Virus record (IMG/VR): IMGVR_UViG_3300044842_000325
Location: 32,001-96,000 of that record
Source of the DNA: a virus
Lineage: Duplodnaviria; Caudoviricetes
DNA: 64,000 bases
Strand: one strand, 5' to 3'
A model generated the notes under the pieces. It saw only the letters and a list, made by a program, of their open reading frames with translations, made no database searches and was not told the DNA's origin. Shown piece by piece: positions 20,962-31,504 of the stretch; the first letter of the stretch is position 1; the number at the start of each line of letters is the position of its first letter. The translations under genes were made by a program, and so were the position numbers.

Positions 20962-21407
20962 CAGTTGGATAAGGTGGACAAAATATCGAAGAGCGCATAT
21001 TTGCCATCCTTCTGCGCGGGCAGAATGAACAAATGTTGTCGGTCTTCTGTGGAAAGAAATAACTGACCAAATAGCAAATAGTCACGAATGTCCATTGCTG
21101 CTTGATCGAGTTTAGTAAGTGGGTAGGTGCGGCGCTGTGAAAGTGGAAACGCATCCATCCACATGGGGCCAACAAAAACAGCCACTTGATCACGTACGTC
21201 TTGAATAAAGACATTACGTGCACCCATGGAATCGCACGTGTTCTCGGTGACATGTAAGCTGAGCTTCGTGTACAACGTGGCATGGGAGGCGAATTGACCA
21301 ACCAACACATTGCCCTGCATCAGCTTAATTCCATCGGTGATGACTTGTAAGATTTTGAGGAGTCCTTCCGTACCGGATTGCTTGGGTGTTGTATGAATAA
21401 GTGCCAT
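20961..21407 (-). CDS. Hypothetical protein
   Basis: 148-aa ORF, lower GC than neighbours. Confidence 0.5.
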   Translation of the reverse strand: MALIHTTPKQSGTEGLLKILQVITDGIKLMQGNVLVGQFASHATLYTKLSLHVTENTCDSMGARNVFIQDVRDQVAVFVGPMWMDAFPLSQRRTYPLTKLDQAAMDIRDYLLFGQLFLSTEDRQHLFILPAQKDGKYALFDILSTLSN

Positions 21408-21483
21408 GCGGCCACGCCTTTATACTGCTTCTTTTTTGCTAATAGAACGGTTGGAAACAAAAGAAAAAACGCTACACAGCATA

Positions 21484-21507
21484 GAGAGACGCCTTCGGGC
21501 GTCTCTC
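21484..21507 (-). terminator. Hairpin terminator
   Basis: GAGAGACGCC-TTCG-GGCGTCTCTC immediately after the oxygenase stop. Confidence 0.65.
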
Positions 21508-21511
21508 GACT

Positions 21512-21880
21512 CTATTGTTTTTCTTTCAACACCCAACCAATACTGAGCACATAACGAATTCCTTGTTTTACTTCTGTTACCGAATGAACCGTAAGGTCAG
21601 GACGAAAAAGGTTGACACGTTTGGTGCGAAAGATGGACTCTTTGCACACCAATTCGCCACCTTCTTTGGCCCGCCAGATTTCAATGTTAAGACGGAAATG
21701 ACGTTTACCTCTACCTGCGGGGTCGCGATGAGGAGGAATACTCGCGCCGACTTTGTAACGAATCAGATGACAGTCAAACTTTAGGAGTTTATTATTGATG
21801 AACGTCATGACATCATAACCCGTCTTTTGACGACCATACTGCCACTTAAACATCGTTGTGTACCACCGTAAAAGCTTCAT
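21512..21880 (-). CDS. 2-oxoglutarate/Fe(II)-dependent dioxygenase
   Basis: Y..G..IPPHRD (HxD), GGEL and HSVTEV..G.RYVL..W (distal His and 2OG-binding Arg). Confidence 0.85.
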   Translation of the reverse strand: MKLLRWYTTMFKWQYGRQKTGYDVMTFINNKLLKFDCHLIRYKVGASIPPHRDPAGRGKRHFRLNIEIWRAKEGGELVCKESIFRTKRVNLFRPDLTVHSVTEVKQGIRYVLSIGWVLKEKQ

Positions 21881-21923
21881 AAATACTCCTTACTGCTACC
21901 GATCCGAAGACCGGTAGCAGAGG

Positions 21924-23489
21924 TTAAATCAGCGTGCCGTAGTAACGCGGTTCGTACTTCAGTGCACGGGTCGCCAACAGCTCTTTCTTACGCTGATGGT
22001 AATCCACATGCTTAATGATGTCATCTGCCACGAAGTACACGAAAAACATTTCACGCCCCAGTGTCGGGTCTTTCCGGTTCAAGTCCCGCAAGCGACCAAA
22101 GCCTTGCAAGTTAGATGGCGAACTGTTGATGGCCACAGTAAGAATCACAGTGGTCAATTGCGCAATGTCTTTCCCCGTGCCAGCAGCTTTCAGGGTTGAC
22201 ATGCTCATATCCGCATTCATCAGGTTCTCAAACGGGTCGAGCGTACTCACATAACGTCGCACTTCAATGTGGGGATAGATCGGCGTGATGTAATTCGTGA
22301 AGAGCGTGCACATCTCGATGGTGGCAAAGTAGATCAGACAACGGTCACCAGGCCGGTACTTCAAGTCATACGTGTAGAGCAAGCTGTCGCGCACCATCCC
22401 AAAGTAAGCGGCAGTTTTCTCTTTCGACTTCATGATGCTCTTTTCGAACTCCACATGAGAATACGAACCCATACCCTTTTGCAAAGTCCGAATTTCATTG
22501 GGACGACGCAAACTGTAGTGGAGCGAATAAGCGGTCACGTATTTCTTAAAGCCACCCTTATCGAAGCGTTGCGTGGGTGGGTACGCCACCCGCATCATAC
22601 CGTCAAGGAACCGATCATCGTGGAACAGCGTGGCCGAAAGCGACACTGAGTAGACCACGTTGGTGTACAGATCGATTTTGAACATGAGGTGGAAGTTCTC
22701 ATGCACTTCATCGATCACCCGTAACCCAGCACGAATATGTTGAAAAAAAAGATGGGGCGGGGCTGCATAACCCTCCGCATTAAGCAGAGCCGTGCCAGAA
22801 CCATGGAACTCATAGGCGTCGATGTACATGCGGAATGTAATCGTGCTGACGATGATAGCGTCGTAGGGTAGGTCACCTTCCGCAGCCATGTCGAGCAATG
22901 ACTTCAAGGAATCGCTGCCTTGAATCACCGCGATGCGTTTTTTGTTGATCACGCAGTTTTCATCGAACGCTTTGAGCCACTGTTTGATGTACTTGGGTTC
23001 AACCATAATCACCATACGCAAGCGCAACTTGGCCGCAGCATACATGGCAGTAAACGTCTTACCCGCCCCCGGCTGCATGATCACGACCTTGTTACGGATC
23101 TCGCTGTGTTCACTGGTGATATATTCGATCGCCTCTTCTTGTAAAGGGTCAGGGAAGAATCCCGGTCGCGTTTCGAGATACATCGGATCGGCCAAATAAC
23201 CATCCGCGACTTTCCACTCGATGGCGCCTGGGGCGTCGAGATTATGCCGATGCAAAATCTTTTTGAATGTCTCCAAATGGTTGATGTGGTAACGGAACTC
23301 GCTACGCGACGTTGTGGACGCCGCGTAGCACCGATCGGGGACCTCTTGTAAAGGTCGCCCGCGGCCGACGAACTTCTTCACGTACTGGATGAGAGAACGT
23401 GAGAATTCAGCGCAGGCGACCTTGACCCCTAAAGAAGCACGGCTGACCACGAAATGGTGTGATGCAACCGTGATAGTGGCGATGGTCAT
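21924..23489 (-). CDS. SF2 DExH helicase (UvsW/XPB-like; phiKZ gp75-like)
   Basis: PGAGKT (motif I), DEVH (II), SAT (III), QGFGRLR (VI). Confidence 0.9.
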   Translation of the reverse strand: MTIATITVASHHFVVSRASLGVKVACAEFSRSLIQYVKKFVGRGRPLQEVPDRCYAASTTSRSEFRYHINHLETFKKILHRHNLDAPGAIEWKVADGYLADPMYLETRPGFFPDPLQEEAIEYITSEHSEIRNKVVIMQPGAGKTFTAMYAAAKLRLRMVIMVEPKYIKQWLKAFDENCVINKKRIAVIQGSDSLKSLLDMAAEGDLPYDAIIVSTITFRMYIDAYEFHGSGTALLNAEGYAAPPHLFFQHIRAGLRVIDEVHENFHLMFKIDLYTNVVYSVSLSATLFHDDRFLDGMMRVAYPPTQRFDKGGFKKYVTAYSLHYSLRRPNEIRTLQKGMGSYSHVEFEKSIMKSKEKTAAYFGMVRDSLLYTYDLKYRPGDRCLIYFATIEMCTLFTNYITPIYPHIEVRRYVSTLDPFENLMNADMSMSTLKAAGTGKDIAQLTTVILTVAINSSPSNLQGFGRLRDLNRKDPTLGREMFFVYFVADDIIKHVDYHQRKKELLATRALKYEPRYYGTLI

Positions 23490-25612
23490 GTTGTTTGTGG
23501 GCTACCGAAAACCTTTGTGGGTGTATAGATGCCGTCAAACAAATGGTCAAGCCGGTTGGTGTGGATGAAGCTGGCCGGGTCATTCGGCGCTTCGTATTGT
23601 TTCTCGAAGGCGAACAGCACCGACAGACTACGCCCTTTCATCGTCATGGACAACACCGAAGGTTGCGATGTGGTCCATGGCTTTGGCAAGCCGTAATCGT
23701 TGGCTTCGGCCGAGATGATCGTCGTCGCGTACAGAATCACTTCCAGACACGACAAGTTCACATTCAGCTTCCGGTTCACGAAATCGAACAGGTCGACAAT
23801 CATCTTGTCAGCCGTTTCGGTCCGTGCGCGTGCTTTCATTTCTGCCACACGCGATTCCAACCGCCGGGCCACTTGGTCGACGTGGTCCGAGTTATTGAAG
23901 TGCTTGGCAGGCATCACCAAGACAGGATCGTCCCAGTTCCAATTGGTCAGATCCACCTCATAACGATCTTCACCTTTGCGCTTACTACGCGGATCATCGG
24001 CACTGGCCGAGATGGTCTTGTACCCGTACTCCTTGATGTAGTTGAGCATCTCGTACGACAGGCTCGCTTCGCGGCTACCGGGTACCCCGACCGAGGCACT
24101 GACGGTATAGCTGAGCGTACCCACCTTTTGCTTCGCCCCCGTTGTGGCTTCGAAGTCCGGAATCCCTTCAGCGAATTTGATGTTGAGCACCGTCATTTCA
24201 CTGTAGTGGTTTTCCGGGTGCAGCTCGACATCCTCCACACTCTTGATATCGTGCAAACTTTCCACTTGGCTGCGCAAGAACACCAGGCTGACGTCCTTGT
24301 CCTCGATCAGCTTGTTTAGCAAGTACGATGAGTTATCGGGTCCCCCCACAATGTAATTGCGCCAGCGTGGATCAACATCGATCCGTTCCAACGCGCTAGA
24401 ACGCTCCAGGTGCTTCGCGGACAGCAGTGCTTGGGTTGCTTGCTCTGCCATCGTGGTCGCGCACCACTGGCCGATATTCGCGTCTGGTGGTACGTTGAAC
24501 GCCAGCAGCCCGAAACAGGTCGAGCACACACCGACTGGATCAGGGTGAGCACAGTGCAGCGTGCTGCGCAGCCGTACTGTTTGGCCCAGCAGGTGGAAGT
24601 CGAGTGGGCTTAGCACCTTGAGCTGCCCCGTGGCTTCGTCGAGATAATACTTGCCGTTGAGCAGTTCCAAGTCGCTGGCTTTGACTTCTTCACCCGATTC
24701 ATCCACCATCCGGTCGCGTAGCTTCCACGACAGGTACTGGGTCGACCCACAGTCACAGTCTTGGTGGATGTGGCGTACGTTCTGCGACACGAATTGCAGC
24801 TTACGCGAGAAATACTCGGACATCCTGAGCGACTCGGCCGCGTAGTACGATGCACGTGCCGCCGAACGCGTTTCGATGGCGGAGTCGGCGATGCCGCGGA
24901 TGCCTTCCACATAACCACGTCGGATCGTGTGGCCGAAGATACGCGAGTTCATGTCAGTCGGATTGCCGCGGGGACCGATGTTCTGGTGCACCTGGGTTTC
25001 CTTGAGCAGCTTCGAACGGTACTCGCGCACCAGCGGATTGTGAGCCAGACGCGTGGTCTTCTTGAACACGTTGTCGATTGTCTGGTACACTTCCCGCACG
25101 TGGATCTCACCGCGTTGCACTGCTTGGTTGGCCGCGTAGATTTCCGGATCGTCCATCGCTTCGTGGAAGTGCAGGATGTCGATGGTGCCGACAAACCGCC
25201 CTGCACGTTTGATGAAGTCACAATACTGAAAGTTGTTGATGTCGTACGCCATCTTCCACAGCACCGTGCGCTCGATCGGCTCGCCGTTGGCCTTGTACGT
25301 ATCGTAGGTCGACAACATACAGTTGCCGATGAGTTTCAAATCTTGACTGATCGACAGGCGTCCTGGCAGACCCGTCTTCTTGTCGAACTTCAGGATGCCG
25401 CGGATATGGTGATCCGCCAACAGCGGCGTGTTGCGATAACGCCGATGGAAGTCCCACGCATAACTGCTGTAACACGTCTCCACATGGTTGGTTTTGAATT
25501 CCTCACCATCATCCATGACCAGGATGAATTCACCGGTGAGTACGTTCCACAGATCGGTAGCGGCAAAGTCCAACAGGCAACGGGCTGGGATACGTTTGAG
25601 TGGTTGGGTCAT
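23486..25612 (-). CDS. Non-virion RNA polymerase beta' subunit, C-terminal part (phiKZ gp74-like)
   Basis: DCGS, LRSTLHC...VCSTCFG zinc site, and NIG..ATTMAEQATQALLSAKH trigger-loop-like region. Confidence 0.88.
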   Translation of the reverse strand: MTQPLKRIPARCLLDFAATDLWNVLTGEFILVMDDGEEFKTNHVETCYSSYAWDFHRRYRNTPLLADHHIRGILKFDKKTGLPGRLSISQDLKLIGNCMLSTYDTYKANGEPIERTVLWKMAYDINNFQYCDFIKRAGRFVGTIDILHFHEAMDDPEIYAANQAVQRGEIHVREVYQTIDNVFKKTTRLAHNPLVREYRSKLLKETQVHQNIGPRGNPTDMNSRIFGHTIRRGYVEGIRGIADSAIETRSAARASYYAAESLRMSEYFSRKLQFVSQNVRHIHQDCDCGSTQYLSWKLRDRMVDESGEEVKASDLELLNGKYYLDEATGQLKVLSPLDFHLLGQTVRLRSTLHCAHPDPVGVCSTCFGLLAFNVPPDANIGQWCATTMAEQATQALLSAKHLERSSALERIDVDPRWRNYIVGGPDNSSYLLNKLIEDKDVSLVFLRSQVESLHDIKSVEDVELHPENHYSEMTVLNIKFAEGIPDFEATTGAKQKVGTLSYTVSASVGVPGSREASLSYEMLNYIKEYGYKTISASADDPRSKRKGEDRYEVDLTNWNWDDPVLVMPAKHFNNSDHVDQVARRLESRVAEMKARARTETADKMIVDLFDFVNRKLNVNLSCLEVILYATTIISAEANDYGLPKPWTTSQPSVLSMTMKGRSLSVLFAFEKQYEAPNDPASFIHTNRLDHLFDGIYTPTKVFGSPQTT

Positions 25613-25669
25613 ATTCCTTATGTTTCCTCAAGCACCTGCCCCGAGGTGGCGGGGCAGGCCGTGGTTGAA

Positions 25670-27877
25670 TTAAGCAGCGACAGGTTGCGGCGCCAGATAG
25701 AATCCCATGTTGGCCGGGTGCGTCGGACGATACGGCTCCCACGTCATCTCGTAACCGCCGCAAGCCCACACGTGGTTGACAGTTTGCAGACTGCGCGAAC
25801 CATCGAGCGGGATGACGCTGCGGTCGACCGCTTGGAAGATGCGGGTCGGTGCTTCGGCTTCGAAGATACTCCAGCACATGGCTTTGTGGGCTTCCACGCT
25901 GTTGTTGCGGTCGAGGATCTCGGCAGCCGTGAGTGTACCCGAATACGACAACACGATGCGGATTTCCGATTCGCCGTATGCCTTGGTCGGTTGCATGCGA
26001 ATGCGTTCCGAATACTTGTCGGCATTCGAGAGCGTCGCTTGCACCCCGGCGTGTTGACGGCGAGTCGATGCCACAGCTGACCAACTGTCCGCGATCTTCT
26101 CCAGCATGATGATCGACAGCGGCGCGATCCGGATCGGTTCCACCGTGGGTTCATGGATACCCGCAGCGGTTTTGTAAACCACAGGGCCGAAGGTCGGCGG
26201 GTACAGACGCTCGATGTCCGATACCATGTCCTTCAGTTCCAGCTCGTGGTCCGACCGCATGTACAACACCGCGTGGCCTTTGGCCAGGATGTACGACAGA
26301 TGCGAAATCGGCGTCGAGTTGAAGTCACCGTTACGGAACACCGCCGCTTGACGCGGCACCGTGATGTCGTAAAAGCCCAACAGGTATTCCCACGCCCGAC
26401 TCAAGTCTTGTGGGCGCTCACGCTGCACACGCATCAGATCGGTCATGATCACCGAACGACGGCGACGGTCTTCGATTCCCAGAATACGCACGACCTGCTT
26501 GTACATGTCGCGCGCTGCGCCGTTGATGATGTGCTCATACAGGCGACCTGGGATCATGCGGTTATTCACCGCTGCTTGGTCAAAGATCATCTCAGCGCGG
26601 TTGCCATCGGCATCGACCGGCATGTCTTCATCTTCCCAGATGGAGACCACCACCCCTTTACCGCCGAACAGATCGGTGAACTTGTTCCCCATGTTGGGGA
26701 TGATCTTGTTCTTGATGGTAAATTCCATCCGGTAGTCGTCCAAGCGCGTTTTCTTGTGCACCTTCACGACCGTGTTATTGTCCTGGTTGGGGGCCAACAC
26801 CGAGATGGCTTCGATGATCAGGCTGTGCAGTTTCGGTTGCAAGATCGGATCACGACCCAGCAGATGGGTGGTTTGGCGCCACCAATCATACACCCCGCGC
26901 AGGAATTCACGCCGCCCGGCATCGTAACGCAGCGGCTGCGCTTCCATCGGTGCCGGTGTACCCATGATGCCGGTGTTGAAGTCGTGGTGGACTTTGATGT
27001 CGATCACTTCGCCATCGGCACACACCTTTTCATCAAACATGAAGTCGATGCGTTGGCAGGCTTTGACGGATTGCTCAGCAAACACCAGATCCGGTCGGTA
27101 CGAACGCAGCGCCATCAGTACGCCGTCAGGATTGACGCGCTCACCAATGTTCGGGCAGATCTTGTAATTCTCATCGTCACCGTACAGATTAAGTGGGAAC
27201 TTGGTTTGACCGAATTCCACCACCCGACGCTCGAATGTATTGAAGCCAAACTTCTTCAGCGCAGAACGTGCCACCACGATGCCGTCCTCAGCGACATCGG
27301 GTAAACCCATCATGGCCACGTTGATGGTCACACTGAAAGCGTAGTCGACACCGCCATCAGGATCATCGCGGTCCACAATCACCCCGGGTGAATCGCGAAA
27401 CACGGTGTCCTTCTCGATGGTTGCGCCATGTGACAGCTTGGGCATGCCTTCGCGGTCAACGTAACTGAACCCAAGATAAGGGTGGAACGTGCTGTAATCT
27501 GTGAGGCTCACCATCCCGTACTCGTACATTGCGTCCGGTTCCGTGGTCCGGAAAATCGCAACAGTCTCGGGTGGGTTGGTGCGGAATGTATCGTCTCCCT
27601 CCTTCTTGGGGTAGCGGTGAATGATCTTTTCCACGCGCCCCGTGGCCGGCATGCGCTGTGCAAAGGTGGTCTTCGCCAGCAACGTATCCAGACCGGATTG
27701 GATGATGCGCTCTTGCACACCGTCCACCACGACGATCTGACCTAGGTTATTCCCGTACATTTGCTTACGGGATGCGGAAATGGCCGCATTGAAGGGATTG
27801 ATCGCCATGATGCTCTCGCCTTGCGGGAAGTGCTCATTGCGCTGGTAATACGACTTCTTGATATCCCATGATGCCAT
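25670..27877 (-). CDS. Non-virion RNA polymerase beta subunit, C-terminal part (phiKZ gp71-73-like), uninterrupted
   Basis: SASRKQM, AEDGIV, GNKFTDLFGGKGVV, DMP..ADG, NRMIPG and YGESE motifs of RpoB. Confidence 0.9.
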   Translation of the reverse strand: MASWDIKKSYYQRNEHFPQGESIMAINPFNAAISASRKQMYGNNLGQIVVVDGVQERIIQSGLDTLLAKTTFAQRMPATGRVEKIIHRYPKKEGDDTFRTNPPETVAIFRTTEPDAMYEYGMVSLTDYSTFHPYLGFSYVDREGMPKLSHGATIEKDTVFRDSPGVIVDRDDPDGGVDYAFSVTINVAMMGLPDVAEDGIVVARSALKKFGFNTFERRVVEFGQTKFPLNLYGDDENYKICPNIGERVNPDGVLMALRSYRPDLVFAEQSVKACQRIDFMFDEKVCADGEVIDIKVHHDFNTGIMGTPAPMEAQPLRYDAGRREFLRGVYDWWRQTTHLLGRDPILQPKLHSLIIEAISVLAPNQDNNTVVKVHKKTRLDDYRMEFTIKNKIIPNMGNKFTDLFGGKGVVVSIWEDEDMPVDADGNRAEMIFDQAAVNNRMIPGRLYEHIINGAARDMYKQVVRILGIEDRRRRSVIMTDLMRVQRERPQDLSRAWEYLLGFYDITVPRQAAVFRNGDFNSTPISHLSYILAKGHAVLYMRSDHELELKDMVSDIERLYPPTFGPVVYKTAAGIHEPTVEPIRIAPLSIIMLEKIADSWSAVASTRRQHAGVQATLSNADKYSERIRMQPTKAYGESEIRIVLSYSGTLTAAEILDRNNSVEAHKAMCWSIFEAEAPTRIFQAVDRSVIPLDGSRSLQTVNHVWACGGYEMTWEPYRPTHPANMGFYLAPQPVAA

Positions 27878-27937
27878 ACGTAATCCTTTGTTATGGATTT
27901 GTTTGTTGTTACTTATGAGGCGATTGGCCTACGTATT

Positions 27938-27960
27938 AGTGATATAGGCTTGAAACTTTT
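27938..27960 (-). promoter_or_regulatory. Early (virion RNAP) promoter candidate
   Basis: AAAAGTTTCAAGCCTATATCACT, matching the phiKZ early-promoter core TATATTAC. Confidence 0.65.
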
Positions 27961-27981
27961 TAATGCAAATTGAGGTGGAAA

Positions 27982-28308
27982 ATGGCGTTGTCCGACTTGA
28001 TGGTTGACCCTGGTGACGACTTGTTTTACGACAGTGATTTCCGCAACGTCTTGGAAGACCACATGACGTATCTGCGCGAGAACTACTCCCAAGTAAAGAT
28101 GATCAATCCCGACCAAGCGTATCAGTGGCGGGGTGATATGTTCGGGTTACTGGATGTGATGGGATATGCACGCCAGTACCATTGGTTGATCATGCGGCTG
28201 AATCAGTTCACTTCCCCCCTTCAGTTCCATGAAAACGTGTTGGCGATTTTGGTCCCCGACACGGATGCCGTGGATCGAATCGCGCAGTCGCACAAAACCA
28301 AGAAGTGA
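27982..28308 (+). CDS. Small LysM-like baseplate protein (T4 gp53 / tail X-like)
   Basis: 108 aa from ATG 27982 (SD GAGGTGG). G....LL...GY...YHWLIMRLN..TSP pattern. Confidence 0.55.
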   Translation: MALSDLMVDPGDDLFYDSDFRNVLEDHMTYLRENYSQVKMINPDQAYQWRGDMFGLLDVMGYARQYHWLIMRLNQFTSPLQFHENVLAILVPDTDAVDRIAQSHKTKK

Positions 28309-28379
28309 GCAAGATCAGCTAATAGATAGCGTTAATCTTTTTTAACACTATTGAGAAAAAATGAAGTGCAAAAGCAACT

Positions 28380-28419
28380 GCCAACACAACCCGCGAAGGT
28401 TGTGTTGGCTGTATGCCGT
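28380..28419. terminator. Bidirectional hairpin terminator
   Basis: GCCAACACAACC/GGTTGTGTTGGC stem followed by TATGCCGT on +. Confidence 0.7.
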
Positions 28420-28426
28420 CGACCGA

Positions 28427-29791
28427 TTAATAACGGCGAGGTGGCTGCATCGGCGGCATGTATTGCTGCTGTTGCGGTTGCTGGTACACCGGCTGACCGT
28501 AACCCGGATACACGGCTTGTTGGCCAGGGTAGTACGGTTGCTGCTGTTGCTGCGGATAACGACCGCCGCCGAGCAACCGGTTCATGTCGCTCACGCTCAT
28601 ACTACCAGCCGGTGCACCTGCGCCCGGTTGTGCCGGAGGCGGCGGCATGTACTGCGTTGCCGGGTTGTACGGTTGCTGGTAGATCGCCGGTTTCGGTGCA
28701 TCCCATGGCGCCGGCGGCGGTGCCGCAGGTGCCGGAGCGGGTGCCGGTTGGTGATTGGCTTGGGCGCGTTGACGCGGATCGATGGCTTCCGGGGCTGGTT
28801 CGTTGATGACACTGGTCGCTTGCGGCGGGATCATGCGGATTTGCGGCCACAGCGCATCCAGATTGTCGAAGGCCGGCGCCCAGTCCAGATTCAGCAGGGC
28901 GTCCTTGAGCAGACGGTCATGCTGCGGCGACACGCCGGTCAGGCGTTCCGTGATGGCATTCAGGTGGCGACCCAGTGCCAGCCAGGCAGTCATCATGGCG
29001 TCCAGCGACGGCGCGATACGCGAGTTGGAGCCGACGTCGTAGTGGTTCGGGACGTCCAGATTCGGCACCAGATAGCGCATCAGGCCCAGGAACGGTTTGC
29101 GGTCCTTGACCTTGACTTCGCACCCGAACACCTTGTCTTCCGGTTTCGGCGGCTTCTTCGCCTTCGGCGCAGCCTTGTACGCTTCCGCATCTTCGTCGAG
29201 TTTCTTGAGTTCGTCGTAGAACGGGAACGTCACGGCCGCGACGCGCTGGTAGCTCTGGCCCCGCAGGACGGCCGCTTGGCGGATGTACATCGACACGAAG
29301 ACTTGTTGGATCTGGTTCGGCTTGGAGGCGGCTTCAGCGATGTCATTCCAGTGCTTGACCGTTTCACCGATGTCTTCCCAGCGTTCCAGCGAGCCTTGGT
29401 CAGCGTCGACCACCAGTTCGAGGAAGTCCTTCTGGTCCGGCGACAGGCGCTTGGTGATTTCCTTGTTGGCGATGAAGTCCAGGATCACGAAGCCGAGCGT
29501 GCCGATCACGAGGTTGAAGCGGTTGATCAGCCAGTGGCGGTAGCGTGACATCAGGTCGGAATCCTTCGGTCCGCTTTCGCGCAGCAGGTGGAACACTTCG
29601 TACTCGTTGGCCTTGGGGTCCTTCAGCCGTGCCTCGTACGGCAGCACCACCAGCTTGCGATCTTTGGCCGTTACGGGGATGTATTCGCCGGGTTCGACTT
29701 CCATCCGGACGAAGCCTTCCGACGTGGCCTCCATGCGCGCCAGTGCCAGCATCGAAATGTAGGTACTGAACATGTCGGGTTGATCACTCAT
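28427..29791 (-). CDS. Nucleus-associated conserved protein (phiKZ gp70-like)
   Basis: 454 aa with a Pro/Gln/Tyr-rich C-tail; lies between picA and nvRNAP beta-C. Confidence 0.6.
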   Translation of the reverse strand: MSDQPDMFSTYISMLALARMEATSEGFVRMEVEPGEYIPVTAKDRKLVVLPYEARLKDPKANEYEVFHLLRESGPKDSDLMSRYRHWLINRFNLVIGTLGFVILDFIANKEITKRLSPDQKDFLELVVDADQGSLERWEDIGETVKHWNDIAEAASKPNQIQQVFVSMYIRQAAVLRGQSYQRVAAVTFPFYDELKKLDEDAEAYKAAPKAKKPPKPEDKVFGCEVKVKDRKPFLGLMRYLVPNLDVPNHYDVGSNSRIAPSLDAMMTAWLALGRHLNAITERLTGVSPQHDRLLKDALLNLDWAPAFDNLDALWPQIRMIPPQATSVINEPAPEAIDPRQRAQANHQPAPAPAPAAPPPAPWDAPKPAIYQQPYNPATQYMPPPPAQPGAGAPAGSMSVSDMNRLLGGGRYPQQQQQPYYPGQQAVYPGYGQPVYQQPQQQQYMPPMQPPRRY

Positions 29792-29840
29792 TGTGTTTTC
29801 CTTTTCTTATAACTGCCCCGCGTTAAGCGGGGCATGTGGT

Positions 29841-31502
29841 TTAATAGCGGGTACCCGACGGCGTGACACCTTGGGCGACATCCGTGACCAGCTGGTTGAT
29901 CGGTGGCAGCACCGCAGCTTGCAGGTTCTTGAACTCGGACGCGATGTGATCGAGCGTGTCCGGTTGCGAGGTGAGCACCGGCGCCATGGCCGAACCCATG
30001 AAGGCCGGGAAGACGAACGTCTCGCGTGGCGAACCATTGAGCGACAGGCCGATCACGATGTCACCGTACAGGTCAGCCACGATGTCCAGATCGTACCGCA
30101 TCCAGTCACCGTCACCGGTCATCGGGCGGACAAACTGCTCGTAGAACAGGATGTCTAGGGTGCGCATCTGGGGCGACAGATCCACGCCCTCGACGAACGG
30201 CCAGGCATTGGTGGCCTTACACATCCGCTCGAAGCTGTTGGAGGCAAACACTTCGACTCGACGCATGGCCAGATCCATCATCATCGGCGGCAGCATGTTC
30301 GTCACCTGCACCGCCCATTCCGTGGCTAGGTCACGACCATTCCACGTTTGCGTGTCACGACCGTAGGCCATGTTTTCACCACGCTTGTTGACATACGCAT
30401 TGAAGTCACGCATGTTGATCTTGCAGACCTGATCGCTGTCAGCGTTCGGGTCGATGGCGAGCAGGTCACGGAACTTGAAGGTTGCCGAAACGATGCCATC
30501 GTCGAAGCTGGCCAGCGCCTTGAGGAACGGGTCTTCCCGCGAGATCGGATCACGCAGGATGCGGCCGGCTTGGGTGTACTGCCCCACCAGACTGCTCATG
30601 TTGGTCTCGATTGCGGCGTCACGGCCTGCCGCCAGACCGCCGAGGATCTTGGCCATGTAGTTGTTCGGATTGGTGTTGTGCACATCCGAAAACTCCGGGG
30701 CCGTCGTCTGCATGTAGCGCGTGTCGGTCACATCGATGCCCCGTTGCGCGGTGCGAGGGTCGTGCATGCGCGACAGTGCCGAGGTCACTTCGTACGGCCG
30801 CATGCGGATCACGTTCGGATCATCGACACTGCGGAACTCGGTGTCGACCAGCACTTGGTGCACAGCATGCATTTCCCACGCGATTTGGTCACCGTAACCG
30901 TAGTTGCGGGTCACCTTACGCACTTCCATGACCGAGTTGATGGTCAGTTCCATCAGCGGATCGAGCGTGTAGTCGCTTTGGTTCAAGCCAGCGCGGCCAG
31001 CCTTCTGGAGAATCCCCATGTGGCTGGTATAGCCAGTCATGACGAACCGTTGCGGTTCCACGGCGCCATGACGCTGCACCGCGATCCGCAGCACGAAACG
31101 GGCCGTTTGGAATTCCAGGCTGTGCTTCAGGTTCAGACGAGCCGGAGCTTCAGCACCCATCGCCGGCTTGATGAACGAACTCGAAATCGCCGACAATTGC
31201 ATCGGGTCGATGTCGTACGCCGCGTTGGCGGGCAGCGAGCCATTCTTCTTGCGCAGCATGAAATCATGGTACGCATGGCTCACCACGTCGTAGACTTGGG
31301 TGATGTTGTTGTTGTCCAGCTGGGTCACGAACGGACGACGCCACTGCTGCTGATACGTGCCGGTGGGCACCACCAATAGCATTTCCACTTGAATGGAAGC
31401 GCCGCGGGTCGGGAACGTGGGCCGTTCACCCATCGGCTGCGGGGCCGGGTTGTAGAGGTTGTACGGGTCGATCGGTTGTTGGTTATAAGGATCGTACGAC
31501 AT
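29841..31502 (-). CDS. picA: Phage-nucleus protein import factor PicA/Imp1 (phiKZ gp69-like)
   Basis: 553 aa with TGTY..Q..RPF and GYT motifs; immediately downstream of the gp68-like gene in the conserved core block. Confidence 0.7.
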   Translation of the reverse strand: MSYDPYNQQPIDPYNLYNPAPQPMGERPTFPTRGASIQVEMLLVVPTGTYQQQWRRPFVTQLDNNNITQVYDVVSHAYHDFMLRKKNGSLPANAAYDIDPMQLSAISSSFIKPAMGAEAPARLNLKHSLEFQTARFVLRIAVQRHGAVEPQRFVMTGYTSHMGILQKAGRAGLNQSDYTLDPLMELTINSVMEVRKVTRNYGYGDQIAWEMHAVHQVLVDTEFRSVDDPNVIRMRPYEVTSALSRMHDPRTAQRGIDVTDTRYMQTTAPEFSDVHNTNPNNYMAKILGGLAAGRDAAIETNMSSLVGQYTQAGRILRDPISREDPFLKALASFDDGIVSATFKFRDLLAIDPNADSDQVCKINMRDFNAYVNKRGENMAYGRDTQTWNGRDLATEWAVQVTNMLPPMMMDLAMRRVEVFASNSFERMCKATNAWPFVEGVDLSPQMRTLDILFYEQFVRPMTGDGDWMRYDLDIVADLYGDIVIGLSLNGSPRETFVFPAFMGSAMAPVLTSQPDTLDHIASEFKNLQAAVLPPINQLVTDVAQGVTPSGTRY

Positions 31503-31504
31503 GG

